A stretch of DNA of 64,000 nt, from the NCBI GenBank assembly GCA_000146465.1, contig CP001947.1, one strand, 5' to 3'. The first letter of the stretch is position 1; every line of letters starts with the position of its first letter. The translations under genes and the position numbers were made by a program. A model generated the notes under the pieces. It saw nothing but the letters and a program-made list of their open reading frames with translations, did no database searches and was not told where the DNA came from. This document shows, piece by piece, positions 44,519-54,697 of the stretch.

Positions 44519-46366
44519 TTATTTCTTAGATAGAAAGCTTGCCTCAAGAAAATGGAGCTGGCCTTTAGTCCTTTCTTCTCTCTCACTATTGAACAAGGAG
44601 TTATATCCACGTCCAAACAACCATGAAAACGCAGACATTCTCTCGACGCCTTTGAGCCAATGCATTGTAGAAATTCTTTCCAGAGGAAGCACTTCTGTGG
44701 TTTTTATGAACCATTGGCTGCTATTTCTTAATTTAAATGTAAGATGAGGCCCAATATTCAGGCTGTAACTGTCGTCCTTTAGATAATATGATGTGCGGAT
44801 CTCAGAGCCTCTGACAACGGCTTTGTTATAGAAAAGTCGATATACCGGGTATCCTAGGTCATAGAAGTCGTGCAAAGATACTTCTGTTTCCAAACCCTTT
44901 GTATCATCTTTGAAACACCCTATCAATCCCATGACATCATTCCTCATGCTGACAAGATTCTCGACATTCTTCCGCGGGGTTTTTATTACAACATTGTCCT
45001 TGTATGCAGATTTCTTTCTCTCTCTTTCATTCATGAATTTGATATAGACACCATGCTTTTTCATTATCTTTTGGATATTCTTCCCTCCATACCCAATGAT
45101 CCTTTTATGATGTTTTTCATCAATATAAAAGGTCAACTCTTCAGGAAATTCGTCTTCAATCATTTCTAAGGCATTTTTGAATGCTTCAGAGCGCCCATTT
45201 ATGACCATATGGACCCGGGAGCTCCCCGGCTTCTTATGTATTCCAATTCCACAACATACGTCTCTCATGATCCTTGTGATTTTTCCATTTTTCTTTCCGC
45301 AGAGGAACTCCACTGTTTCTGTCTCTATGTCCATCTCAGCCTCCACATACCCTCCGTTTTCTTCTACCATCCTCAGTAAATTTTGCTTCTCGCTAATGAC
45401 CAAGAAGGAACTCGTGTCGCTGATATGAAGTACAAAAGCATTATCATAATTCAAATGCTTCATGTTTTTCATCACAACCTTCATTATGTTGTTGTACAAT
45501 AAATTTATCTTGTTCTTTGCTCTTCGGACTTCATAAAGGTCAAAGCCCTTCAGAACTATCTCTGTGTAGTCGGAGCATATCTTTCTTGTGTTTATGTATG
45601 TCTGGGTGTCAGATAGAATATCCTCGATTTCTTTTCCCTTGTATAGAAGCAAATACATAACCTTTTGCGAATCAAGCACAAGGCTTTCAATTATTTTCTC
45701 TGGCTCCTTGATATCAAGACCTAAGCCGCTATGGGATATAAGACATTCGTCAGAGTTTATTCTGGAGTGATAGAATATCCTTCCTCCTTTCTCAATAACT
45801 TCTTTTGTGGGTATGAGAATTCTCCTAATCTCTGTGGTTCTCCCAAAGGCTTCTTCGATCATTAATAGGATCTTCGTTCGAGCACTGAGACACGCCTTTC
45901 TTTTTCCACAAATAAATATTTCAACCTTCCCGCTTATCTTAATGCAAATGGAAGTGTCTGTACTACTCATTATTTCCTTAACTCTCTCCATTATCTCAGC
46001 TTTCATGGAGTAAAGACAAAGGGGGATTTCCAGTCTGTAGCAGTATCTAAAGCATCTACTAGCCAGCTCCATCATTTGGTGAATGCCGTAAGGATGGCCC
46101 ATACTCAGAGATACCTGAACCTTGTTTCCTATGCTTTTAGATACAGAGACATGGCCTATTCCCACAAGAATTTTATGGAGGTCCAAGCATATTCCATTAT
46201 ACATGGACGAAACCATTTCCCTCGGCGTATGTTCCCCTAATGGTATTATGAAAGACAAGGAGGCTCCGTCGAGCTCGGGCACAGTGAAGGACTCGAGCCC
46301 CTTTCTACGGTGCTCCATGGTTCTAAGGAACTGTCTGTCTTTTATACGCATAAGCATATGAAACAT
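44519..46366 (-). CDS. Multi-KH-domain RNA-binding protein
   Basis: KH core motifs (e.g. KRIIGYGGKNIQKIMKKHGVYIKF, RILIPTKEV..GGRI). 615 aa. Specific orthology not determined. Confidence 0.5.
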   Translation of the reverse strand: MFHMLMRIKDRQFLRTMEHRRKGLESFTVPELDGASLSFIIPLGEHTPREMVSSMYNGICLDLHKILVGIGHVSVSKSIGNKVQVSLSMGHPYGIHQMMELASRCFRYCYRLEIPLCLYSMKAEIMERVKEIMSSTDTSICIKISGKVEIFICGKRKACLSARTKILLMIEEAFGRTTEIRRILIPTKEVIEKGGRIFYHSRINSDECLISHSGLGLDIKEPEKIIESLVLDSQKVMYLLLYKGKEIEDILSDTQTYINTRKICSDYTEIVLKGFDLYEVRRAKNKINLLYNNIMKVVMKNMKHLNYDNAFVLHISDTSSFLVISEKQNLLRMVEENGGYVEAEMDIETETVEFLCGKKNGKITRIMRDVCCGIGIHKKPGSSRVHMVINGRSEAFKNALEMIEDEFPEELTFYIDEKHHKRIIGYGGKNIQKIMKKHGVYIKFMNERERKKSAYKDNVVIKTPRKNVENLVSMRNDVMGLIGCFKDDTKGLETEVSLHDFYDLGYPVYRLFYNKAVVRGSEIRTSYYLKDDSYSLNIGPHLTFKLRNSSQWFIKTTEVLPLERISTMHWLKGVERMSAFSWLFGRGYNSLFNSEREERTKGQLHFLEASFLSKK

Positions 46367-46465
46367 ACATCACATCAGGCTTCTAAAACACGGATTGTAA
46401 TACCTTATGGATGTTTATTGGATTCCAACATGGAGCAAAGGCTCAGTTTAGTAAGAATGTTTTCT

Positions 46466-47650
46466 CTAGCTACAGCAGATAATATAACTACAAATAGAAA
46501 TTCCCATTAGCGATGCAAATAAGGGGACTGAAAGTGGAAGATTGAAGGGCCTTTCCTCAGAAGGATACTTCAGCTTGAGAAGTACAAGACCTATGCATGA
46601 CAAAGAATAAAACAGAGATATTCCAAATGCTATCTTGTTTACCATCCAGGTTATGCTCTCCAGCTTGGCAAATCCAAAGACAATGAAAGAGAAAGCAATA
46701 AGTGACATCACCTCCGTCTTCTTGTTGAATTTCTCTGGAATAAGAGACTCGATAATCCCAGAACCAACAATAAATGAGCATATGAGAGATCCAAAGGTGG
46801 GGATAAGTGTAACTATCACCGATAGAATTCTAGGAGTAACTGGGATTCCCACTGCTTTGAAGTATTCGTCGATAAAAAAGACGCTTCCAATAATGTGGTC
46901 GTATGGTACCACACACATCATCGATAAACTTATGAGTATGTAAATGAAAGCTACAGCCCATATAGATCCAACTATAGCCCTTGGAAAGGTCTTTGCAGGG
47001 TTATGTATTCTGTTTGCAATGTAGTTTCCACAGTTCCATCCGTCAAACGAAAATTGCGTAAAGCACAGTCCCTGAACTATTGACGTTGAGTCTATCTCCA
47101 CAGTATTATTTCTTTCGTCCAGTATTGCGGGATTTGCAGAATTCTTAATTACGGTAAACGACACCAAAGAAATTCCCAAAAGAGAGACAACAGTGGCAAC
47201 CTTGAGGAAAAACAGTGCCCTCATTGTCCATGTGACTAGTCTCCCTCCAAAGGATAGAAATATAGTGCATAGAGCTAATACCACGCCAATGCAACAATCT
47301 CTTCCAATGTCGTCCTCAAAACACTCATATATCTTGATCGACATAACTGCACAAGACAGTGGTAGGATCAGTAGTATGGAAACCATGGAATAAATAGTTC
47401 CTACATGTTTTGAATATGCTCTTCCAAGATAGTTCAAGTCTCCTCCCGGATATGGATAGGTTGCCCCAAGTTCTGCGTAACATAGTCCAAATACTGTTGC
47501 AATTACTGCCGAAGCAACTATTAGAAGGATGGAAGAGACACAAGTTCCCGTCTGTGATAAAATATAGTGGGCCATACTAAAAACTCCTATTCCAACCATG
47601 TTACATATGGACAAAAACATAAGATCAAACGTCTTGATTTTTTTTTTCAT
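46466..47650 (-). CDS. Amino acid permease (APC superfamily)
   Basis: 394 aa, about 10-11 TM helices. N-terminal FLSICNMVGIGVF consensus of amino-acid/polyamine transporters. Confidence 0.6.
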   Translation of the reverse strand: MKKKIKTFDLMFLSICNMVGIGVFSMAHYILSQTGTCVSSILLIVASAVIATVFGLCYAELGATYPYPGGDLNYLGRAYSKHVGTIYSMVSILLILPLSCAVMSIKIYECFEDDIGRDCCIGVVLALCTIFLSFGGRLVTWTMRALFFLKVATVVSLLGISLVSFTVIKNSANPAILDERNNTVEIDSTSIVQGLCFTQFSFDGWNCGNYIANRIHNPAKTFPRAIVGSIWAVAFIYILISLSMMCVVPYDHIIGSVFFIDEYFKAVGIPVTPRILSVIVTLIPTFGSLICSFIVGSGIIESLIPEKFNKKTEVMSLIAFSFIVFGFAKLESITWMVNKIAFGISLFYSLSCIGLVLLKLKYPSEERPFNLPLSVPLFASLMGISICSYIICCS

Positions 47651-47725
47651 TTACGGGGCTTTGATTCGGAGCTTTTAAATTAAGGGATATGCCGCTGAGC
47701 CAAAACTAGTAAAAAAGAATGCCCT

Positions 47726-48583
47726 ATGGATATCGAGTCCGCAAGAGACAATCTAAGAAATGATAGTGTCCCTATAGCAAGGAGAATGAGATCTCTGTTC
47801 TATTTACGAAATATATTGGAGCCTGGGTCTGTAGATGCTATTTCTGGGGCATTTACATCCAAGTCCGTTCTCTTGAAGCATGAGGCTGCATATGTTCTTG
47901 GACAAATGTGCATAGAAAATTCTATTAAGGTACTTCTAAATGTTTTATCTGATGAAAGCGAGAATGAAATTGTTAGGCATGAGGCGGCGGAAGCACTGGG
48001 GAATTTCAAGGCAACAGAAGAGATTGTAGCAGCGTTAAAGAAATACTCCGATCATCCTTTGAAGCCTATTTCCGAGACTTGCTATCTGGCACTTATGAAA
48101 CTGAAGAACGGAATAAATATTGTGTCCAAGTTTGGATCTCGGGACCCGGCATCTCCAATGGAAGGAAGTTTTGAGGAGGCAAGAAAGATTTTACTGGATA
48201 GAAATGAATGTCTGTATAGAAGATACCAAGCGATGTTTTACTTGAGAGATCTAAATACGCTTGATGCTATACATTCTCTTGGGGAGGCTATGAGAGACGA
48301 TTCATCACTATTCAAACATGAAATATCGTTCGTTTTTGGCCAGATGAGATCAGTGGAATCTATTCCATACCTTATTAAGGGGATGGAAGATGAAAAAGAA
48401 CATGGGATGGTTAGGCATGAATGTGCAGAAGCTTTGGGAGCGATTGGAAATGACAAGGCTTTGGAGGCGTTGGCCAAATACCTTCACGATCCATGTGACA
48501 TTCTGAGAGAAAGTGTAGAAGTGGCGGTAGACATTCACAATTATATGACCAGTAACGAGATAGAGTACTGCAATGTACAATGA
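47726..48583 (+). CDS. LIA1: Deoxyhypusine hydroxylase (DOHH/Lia1), HEAT-repeat di-iron enzyme
   Basis: Four His-Glu motifs in HEAT hairpins: [53 protein letters not shown] at the start. Confidence 0.85.
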   Translation: MDIESARDNLRNDSVPIARRMRSLFYLRNILEPGSVDAISGAFTSKSVLLKHEAAYVLGQMCIENSIKVLLNVLSDESENEIVRHEAAEALGNFKATEEIVAALKKYSDHPLKPISETCYLALMKLKNGINIVSKFGSRDPASPMEGSFEEARKILLDRNECLYRRYQAMFYLRDLNTLDAIHSLGEAMRDDSSLFKHEISFVFGQMRSVESIPYLIKGMEDEKEHGMVRHECAEALGAIGNDKALEALAKYLHDPCDILRESVEVAVDIHNYMTSNEIEYCNVQ

Positions 48584-48688
48584 GATGAACATAGTGAGTT
48601 GCATTAGAAGAGAACATGAAACTATGTTGCTTGGGTATTTTCATTAAATTGGTTCAAGATCTTTGGGGAAACTTACAAGATACGCAGT

Positions 48689-49381
48689 TTATTTTCCAGA
48701 CAGAGTGGAAATGTAACCTTTTAGTAAAGGAATGAGAAAACACCAATTGGCTAGTACGGTCATTACATGGAATATCTCGTGGTATCCAAATACCTGAGGA
48801 TATGGATTAGGCTTTTCGATTCCGTAAATGAGTCCTCCGATTATGTATATGGCACCACCCAATATAAAAAGTGAAGTATCCCCGACTGTAATGCTACTCG
48901 CAATGATACGGAAGAATGGAATAACAGAAATACCGTGAAGTATATAGACCATAAGATCAAAATGCAGATGCAGCTTTTTCATCAGAACGATCTTTAGAAT
49001 TCCTGCAAGTGATATTGTCCAGGTCATCAATAGAGCGTACTTTGTATATGTGCCCACTGGAACCAAGGTAAGAATCACAGAAGTCTGGGTACCCGATATC
49101 AGAAGGAATATAGAGATGTGGTCCAGCCTCTGGAAGAGGGATCTTATCTTCTCATCCTTCCACGACGTAACATGGTATGTGCTGCTTACACCGAACAAGA
49201 TCAGCTGAGACAGAAGATATATCATTATTCCAAAGTTGCCTTTTTTATGAAAACAGCAAATAGTGTACAAAAAGGTCTTTACGATGGTGAGATAAAAAGC
49301 TATCTGGTGGATCCGTCCACGGAGCATAGGTTTTGGCTTTGTCATTTTGTTGGGTATGAGTAAACTAATTTTAATGCACAT
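48689..49381 (-). CDS. PAQR / hemolysin-III family membrane protein (Izh-like)
   Basis: Seven TM helices with the C-terminal HEIFHVMTV motif of the Hly-III/PAQR family. The precise start is uncertain (ATG at 49381, or a downstream Met). Confidence 0.6.
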   Translation of the reverse strand: MCIKISLLIPNKMTKPKPMLRGRIHQIAFYLTIVKTFLYTICCFHKKGNFGIMIYLLSQLILFGVSSTYHVTSWKDEKIRSLFQRLDHISIFLLISGTQTSVILTLVPVGTYTKYALLMTWTISLAGILKIVLMKKLHLHFDLMVYILHGISVIPFFRIIASSITVGDTSLFILGGAIYIIGGLIYGIEKPNPYPQVFGYHEIFHVMTVLANWCFLIPLLKGYISTLSGK

Positions 49382-49483
49382 CAATCAATGTTGTTGTTGC
49401 TTTAAAACAATCCTGAAATGATCGTGCATATGAGAGGGGAGGAGGAATAGAGGAAATTAAAAAGAAGAAGGTAGGCCCCGAAT

Positions 49484-50167
49484 ATGAAAAGATCTCAAGA
49501 TAATAAGAAGGATGAGATACGAAAAGACAAAAACATGAAGTCTCCTTCACTTAAAGAAAAGCTCACACCGGAAGAAGTGTGGAAAAACGCAGCTATTCTC
49601 CTAGGGACAAAAAAAAAAGAAGTAGCGCCAAAATCAACACAGGGCATGAAGAGTTTTGACTTTAACGAGGTTTGTACGGAGATTGAGAAAATAAACAAAG
49701 AAAGAATCCAGCTCTACGGTAGTGAGCACGAAGAGGGGATAAAAAGGTTTTATGAAATAGAGACTTCAAACTCCCTTGTCCACATTCCTAATTTCAAGAG
49801 TTTGGAGAGAAAATATGTTCCAAGAACTCCTGTGGAGACTCCCATCTTCTTTCCCAAAACACCGTTGTATGTGTTTGAGAGCCAGGACATATTTAAGAAA
49901 CTAGATATAGACACACTTTTCTTTATTTTCTACTCACAGCTCGGAACTGTTCAGCAATACTACGCTGCAGCACAATTGAAGATGTATTCATGGAGATTTC
50001 ATACAAAATACTTTACGTGGTTTCAGAGGTTGGACGAGCCCAAGCTAATAACAGCAGATTATGAAAGAGGAGATTTTCTATTTTTCGATTATGATGTCAC
50101 ATGGTCCTTCATGAAAAAAAGTGACTTTACATTTGAGTACAAATATCTGGAATGTTCCGAGTGGTAA
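49484..50167 (+). CDS. CCR4-NOT complex subunit with NOT2/3/5 box
   Basis: C-terminal LFFIFYSQLGTVQQYYAAAQLKMYSWRFHTKYFTWFQR...DYERGDFLFFDYDVTW matches the NOT-box. GGCCCCGAAT precedes the ATG. Confidence 0.7.
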   Translation: MKRSQDNKKDEIRKDKNMKSPSLKEKLTPEEVWKNAAILLGTKKKEVAPKSTQGMKSFDFNEVCTEIEKINKERIQLYGSEHEEGIKRFYEIETSNSLVHIPNFKSLERKYVPRTPVETPIFFPKTPLYVFESQDIFKKLDIDTLFFIFYSQLGTVQQYYAAAQLKMYSWRFHTKYFTWFQRLDEPKLITADYERGDFLFFDYDVTWSFMKKSDFTFEYKYLECSEW

Positions 50168-50231
50168 ACTCTCCTTTATGTACTTGTAACCCATATAGCT
50201 ATCTTGGTAGAAGAAATAAATACTTTTGTTC

Positions 50232-51296
50232 CTATTTCTTTTTTCTCTTCAAAATTTCCTTGTATATCCTTTGAATTTCTTCTCTCTGCTTTGTGTCTTC
50301 AATTTCCTTTCTAAACCACAAGGAAATCAAAAACTTCTGGGGCGGAATCTTCGCCTTGAGAGCCATGCTCATCACCTTGTATGCGTGCCGGAATATTTCA
50401 AGCACCAACTGGGAGTTTCTACAAACCGCTGCCACGTCGCAATCGGGATCAGTTGGATCCTCTATGGACAATGTTCTTGTGTCATTCTTTACATATCCGG
50501 CCTTGTTTACTGAAATCCTTGCTATTTTGTATGGAAAGTCACATCCATAGTACTGGAAAAAGTCCATAAAAAGAATTCCGATATTCTTAAGAGGGGAGAT
50601 TTGATTCTCTTGGACAAGCGGATGTAATTGGAAGAAACTCAAAAGAAGAAGAAATTGGGAGTAACTGTTGAGACCTCCTGTTGCTGCATCCGATTGGTTT
50701 CTTATTGTAAGAAAGTGCTTTAACAGAATGGCAAACACCTTCATGTAAGGATGCTCCTTCAAGGTGTAGCTTACGAACTTGGCTGCTTCGATTCCATTTG
50801 TCTGGTTCACAGAAATATCTATTTTAAACCCAAACACTTTATCGCTAAACTTAAGGATAGGTATTCTGCATTTTCTGATATGAAATAGAGTTTCTTTTCT
50901 GATGAAGTCTGCCTTAAGCATGAGGCTTTTTATCTTTGATAGGTACCTATTAGAATATTCCTTATCGTGGTTATTCCCAAGCTGGATATTTATGTCAATA
51001 TCACTTGATGGAATAATAAGTCCGGTAGTATAGCTTCCAAAAGGCTCTACTTCGGCATTTGGAATCTCACGGACTATTAGCCTTTTGATTTTTTCAAATA
51101 TATACTTCCGAGAGTTGATTTCTGTTGTTGTAGGTGCTAACTTTTGGTACAGTTGGTGTAGCTCAAGATCGAGTTTTTCCAAGTTTCCAAGAGAAACAGA
51201 GGACATATTTGTATCAAGCAATGATTCTATCGAAACCGCCTTGTGAACTATGGGGTTTACTCCTGCTTTGTTGTCTCGAGTTGGCCTAATAGACAT
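50232..51296 (-). CDS. Non-canonical poly(A)/nucleotidyl transferase, Trf4/Cid1 family
   Basis: VEPFGSYTTGLIIPSSDIDINIQ (GS...DxD nucleotidyltransferase motif) and a PAP-associated domain. Start moved to the internal ATG 51294-51296, because the track start overlaps the NDK stop. Confidence 0.65.
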   Translation of the reverse strand: MSIRPTRDNKAGVNPIVHKAVSIESLLDTNMSSVSLGNLEKLDLELHQLYQKLAPTTTEINSRKYIFEKIKRLIVREIPNAEVEPFGSYTTGLIIPSSDIDINIQLGNNHDKEYSNRYLSKIKSLMLKADFIRKETLFHIRKCRIPILKFSDKVFGFKIDISVNQTNGIEAAKFVSYTLKEHPYMKVFAILLKHFLTIRNQSDAATGGLNSYSQFLLLLSFFQLHPLVQENQISPLKNIGILFMDFFQYYGCDFPYKIARISVNKAGYVKNDTRTLSIEDPTDPDCDVAAVCRNSQLVLEIFRHAYKVMSMALKAKIPPQKFLISLWFRKEIEDTKQREEIQRIYKEILKRKKK

Positions 51297-51355
51297 CTCT
51301 ACGGCACAATTTGTATGAGGATAAAAATAAGATGAAATATTATAGAGAAGAAAAT

Positions 51356-51799
51356 TTAATAGACCCATTTCTCATCAAAGAAGGACATTGGCAGAGCTTC
51401 GTCCCCAATCCAAAGCTTGATTTCCTTCTCGGCATTTTCAACCGAGTCCGAGCCATGGATGATGTTTTTTCCCGTAGCCATTCCATAATCTCCTCGGATA
51501 GTTCCTACAGAGGCTTCCCGAGGATTTGTTTCTCCAATTAGTTTCCTTCCCACAGATACAGCATCTTTACCAACCCACACCATTGCTAGAACCATTCCAG
51601 ACATCATGTGCTCCACCATTTCACCAAAAAATGGCCTGGCAGACAGATGGGAATAGTGCTGTTCTAGAACCTCTTTCTTTGGAATTACACATTTGGAAGC
51701 GGCTAGGTACAGTCCCTTTTCCTCGAATCTTTGGATCACTTTGGACATCAGCCTTCGCTTGATACCTTCGGGCTTGATCATGATAAAAGTTCTCTCCAT
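51356..51799 (-). CDS. NDK: Nucleoside diphosphate kinase
   Basis: ERTFIMIKPEG...NIIHGSD (active-site His) ...E..LW. Full-length 147 aa. AAAAATTTAATCGAAAAGAACGAATCCCTTTAA lies upstream. Confidence 0.95.
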   Translation of the reverse strand: MERTFIMIKPEGIKRRLMSKVIQRFEEKGLYLAASKCVIPKKEVLEQHYSHLSARPFFGEMVEHMMSGMVLAMVWVGKDAVSVGRKLIGETNPREASVGTIRGDYGMATGKNIIHGSDSVENAEKEIKLWIGDEALPMSFFDEKWVY

Positions 51800-51835
51800 T
51801 TAAAGGGATTCGTTCTTTTCGATTAAATTTTTACC
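51800..51835 (-). promoter_or_regulatory. AAATTT + CCC motif upstream of NDK
   Basis: Sense aaAAAATTTAATcgaaaagaacgaATCCCTTTAA|ATG, the same architecture as the ribosomal-protein genes. Confidence 0.5.
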
Positions 51836-51960
51836 AAGGTATTCAGAATACTAAAACTATTAATTCATCGGTTTATTACTTTCTATAAAAAGCACATAGA
51901 TATCCCTGCCATATAGAAATCACTTGGTATACCGTACCTTATGTATTTTGGAGTATCTAA

Positions 51961-53496
51961 TTAAACAAAGTCATTTAAGTCGCTGTTTGTCAGAAGCTCT
52001 CGGAATTTATCTATAAAATCATCATCCAAATTTAGCTTTTGATGTTTGCTTGTTTCTTTCATCTTGGAGCTTAAATTTTTTCCGTTGCTTCTCTTCTCCT
52101 GAACCGGTGAGTTGGTAGTAATAGAAGTTACACCGGTGTCAGGCTTTATAGTCTCTACGCTAGTTCTTAAAGGAATATGTATTTTTTCTGGATGCAAAGT
52201 GTTTCCTGCGGAGTTCTCTAGGGAATTTCTTCGATTGTAGTCCATGTGAGCATCTTTATCCAGTCGGTTGGCAAGATATTGGCTGTAACTACTCTTGAAG
52301 CCTGATTTACCATCCATTATCTTAGAGTTTGTAGAGTCATGCATGATATCTTTGGAGAAGTAAGATGGCCCCTGTGGACCTTTATAAAGTTCCTCTTTCT
52401 TTTCATCCTCACTCTCTGTCGAATCGAGAATAATAGCCTCTTGATTTTCTGTTGCTTTGGGTTCCTCCAAACTAAAGGATTTTCCCTTCTTTAGTACCTC
52501 CTCAGAGCTTTCTAGCTTGAATATCTGCTCTGGGGCACGCGAACATGGCATAAAGACAAACGAGTCCTTATAATACGTCACACAAGAGTTCTTTCCCCCA
52601 ACTAATGTAAAATGGCCCTTGTTATCTACTTCTGAGACGGCCACATTCTTTATGACATATCCAAACTCATGTTCATCCATCTTAGAATCACTTTCAACCA
52701 CATAGGACCTCTTAGGTGTTTCAGATTTTCTGGGGAGCCTTATATTGTGTAAAGTACTGTTAACTTCCACATCCAACTGCGACTCTGACGGAACGTCATA
52801 TACCTTCTTATTATCAGGATCCCCTATCTCGTCGGAGATTTCACCCGGCGATTTAGTTCCCTCCTCAGCAACCTTTGCTTCAAGAGACTTTCTCTGCTTT
52901 GCTTGCCGAAAACCTCTCTCTTTCCACCCTCCATGTCCTATGCCATATTCTTCCTGATCCTTTGGAACGGTGGAAGATATTTGCTCTCTTTTCTTTGGAG
53001 CTGAAAATCTCTCTCCTCCCAAGGATAACTTTTCCGATGCAGGTTTCCTTTTACTGCTTGGGACGTCTTTTGTTTTCTCTATTTCATTTGGATTGTCTTT
53101 GCGGCCGGGATGCGATAGGTAGCCAAACGGATCTATCTTTTTTCTGTGTGGGCGAAACGATGGATTGGAGGAAAATCCTATGCTTTTTTCTCCCATTGCA
53201 TTGTAAACAATTAGCTTGATTTCCAATTCTCCATGCACCATCGCTAGTGTATAATATATTCCGTCCTTGAGAAAATACAAGACTCGGTTGTGGACTACAA
53301 CTCGCTGATCAGACAGGCTAGGTAGCAATGGAAAGTCGAGCTTCAGAATTCCATTATTATTGGTGACATATTGGCTATCCTTATGTTTAAGTCTTAGTAG
53401 TCTATCGCATATCACAAAAGGAAGAAATACAAGCATGGATATCATTGCTCGTAATGCATTGTTTATCTCTTTCCGCTTTAATTCTCTGTGTTTCAT
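51961..53496 (-). CDS. Hypothetical type-II membrane/secretory-pathway protein (about 511 aa), Ser/Lys-rich C-terminal half
   Basis: The track start is a TTG. The first ATG, at 53494-53496, gives MKHRELKRK...ISMLVFLPFVICD (signal anchor). No family recognised. Confidence 0.4.
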   Translation of the reverse strand: MKHRELKRKEINNALRAMISMLVFLPFVICDRLLRLKHKDSQYVTNNNGILKLDFPLLPSLSDQRVVVHNRVLYFLKDGIYYTLAMVHGELEIKLIVYNAMGEKSIGFSSNPSFRPHRKKIDPFGYLSHPGRKDNPNEIEKTKDVPSSKRKPASEKLSLGGERFSAPKKREQISSTVPKDQEEYGIGHGGWKERGFRQAKQRKSLEAKVAEEGTKSPGEISDEIGDPDNKKVYDVPSESQLDVEVNSTLHNIRLPRKSETPKRSYVVESDSKMDEHEFGYVIKNVAVSEVDNKGHFTLVGGKNSCVTYYKDSFVFMPCSRAPEQIFKLESSEEVLKKGKSFSLEEPKATENQEAIILDSTESEDEKKEELYKGPQGPSYFSKDIMHDSTNSKIMDGKSGFKSSYSQYLANRLDKDAHMDYNRRNSLENSAGNTLHPEKIHIPLRTSVETIKPDTGVTSITTNSPVQEKRSNGKNLSSKMKETSKHQKLNLDDDFIDKFRELLTNSDLNDFV

Positions 53497-53610
53497 GTTC
53501 AAAAACTGAAGTATAAACAGAATAAGAGTTAGAAACGTGTATCTCAATAAATAGAATTTATCCCAGAATCATGGTTTAGTGCTCGAGCCCAGACGGTGCA
53601 CTCCCATCAG

Positions 53611-54567
53611 TTATACCTTTACACCAGTAGTGCTGACCTGAATGGCCTTAAGCTGTGTAGGTCTGTAGGTCGTTACGTATCCTGTAGACCAATCATTTCC
53701 GGTGGCATAGACATAATAGCTTCCGTTTGTGTTAAATCTTCCATAAGTTATAGGCTGGCTTTCCGTTTGAGTAAACATTTTTGTCCTTGCCTGCGAGTCA
53801 AAAAATACGATGGTACCATCACTTCCTGCGGTAACAAGTATGTTATGGTTAGTTGGAAGAAATGATACAGAGTTGACAGCATAGACCTTATTGTCAACTC
53901 TGTGGCATCTAAAGATCATCTTCTTCACAGGAGAATTGACGTTGAATATTTCTGCCTTTCCTTCTATTCCTCCAACTGCAAAGGTTTCGTTGTCCTGGGC
54001 ACAGGCTATAGACCTAATCATCCAATTTAGTTTTGAGACATGAGGTTTCTTTTGGTTTATGTTGTTCAGATTGTATGTAATCACTTCGTTTCGTGAAAGA
54101 GACATTGAAAGTAATTCTTTCTCAAGATCCATGGCATAAACCTTTCCTGGAAGGTCTAGAGAAACCACAAGCTTGGACGACCTGACGTCCCAGAACTTAA
54201 CTGTCTTATCCCATGAGCCTGTAATCAACATGTTTGAAAAGCATCTTACAGACTTGACTCCTTCGTCGTGTGCTTGAAAGGATGAGACCTGGTTAGTCTG
54301 GAGGTCCACCATTTGTAAGCTTCCGTCAGCAGCACCTGCAAAAGCCAATGAAGGAGTCTCTTTGCTGAAGCAACATGTAAGAAGAGGCTTGTTCAAACTC
54401 ACAACACTGCTGTTTGGACTGTATAGATTTTCCAGGTCATATGTCCGAATTGTACCATCCCAACTGGATGCTGCCATCAAGCCATGCATCTGGCTAAATG
54501 CAATCTCCGAAACTGTATCGGACGGAGGATTGGGAATGTCCGAAATCTTAGCGCTGTACTGAGCCAT
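53611..54567 (-). CDS. WD40-repeat protein of the Bub3 / Rae1(Gle2) family
   Basis: ASSWDGTIRTYDL and ITGSWDKTVKFWDVRS repeats. About 318 aa, seven blades. AATTTTTAACCCCACGGA precedes the ATG. Confidence 0.65.
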   Translation of the reverse strand: MAQYSAKISDIPNPPSDTVSEIAFSQMHGLMAASSWDGTIRTYDLENLYSPNSSVVSLNKPLLTCCFSKETPSLAFAGAADGSLQMVDLQTNQVSSFQAHDEGVKSVRCFSNMLITGSWDKTVKFWDVRSSKLVVSLDLPGKVYAMDLEKELLSMSLSRNEVITYNLNNINQKKPHVSKLNWMIRSIACAQDNETFAVGGIEGKAEIFNVNSPVKKMIFRCHRVDNKVYAVNSVSFLPTNHNILVTAGSDGTIVFFDSQARTKMFTQTESQPITYGRFNTNGSYYVYATGNDWSTGYVTTYRPTQLKAIQVSTTGVKV

Positions 54568-54697
54568 TCCGTGGGGTTAAAAATTAGGCCAAAGAAATCT
54601 CACTTCAGGACTTCCACTTAATACGTTGATAGTCACTTTGCCAAGATGGACCGAAGGATTGTTTTATTTTATTTACGTTCAATCAGAAAATCCCAGG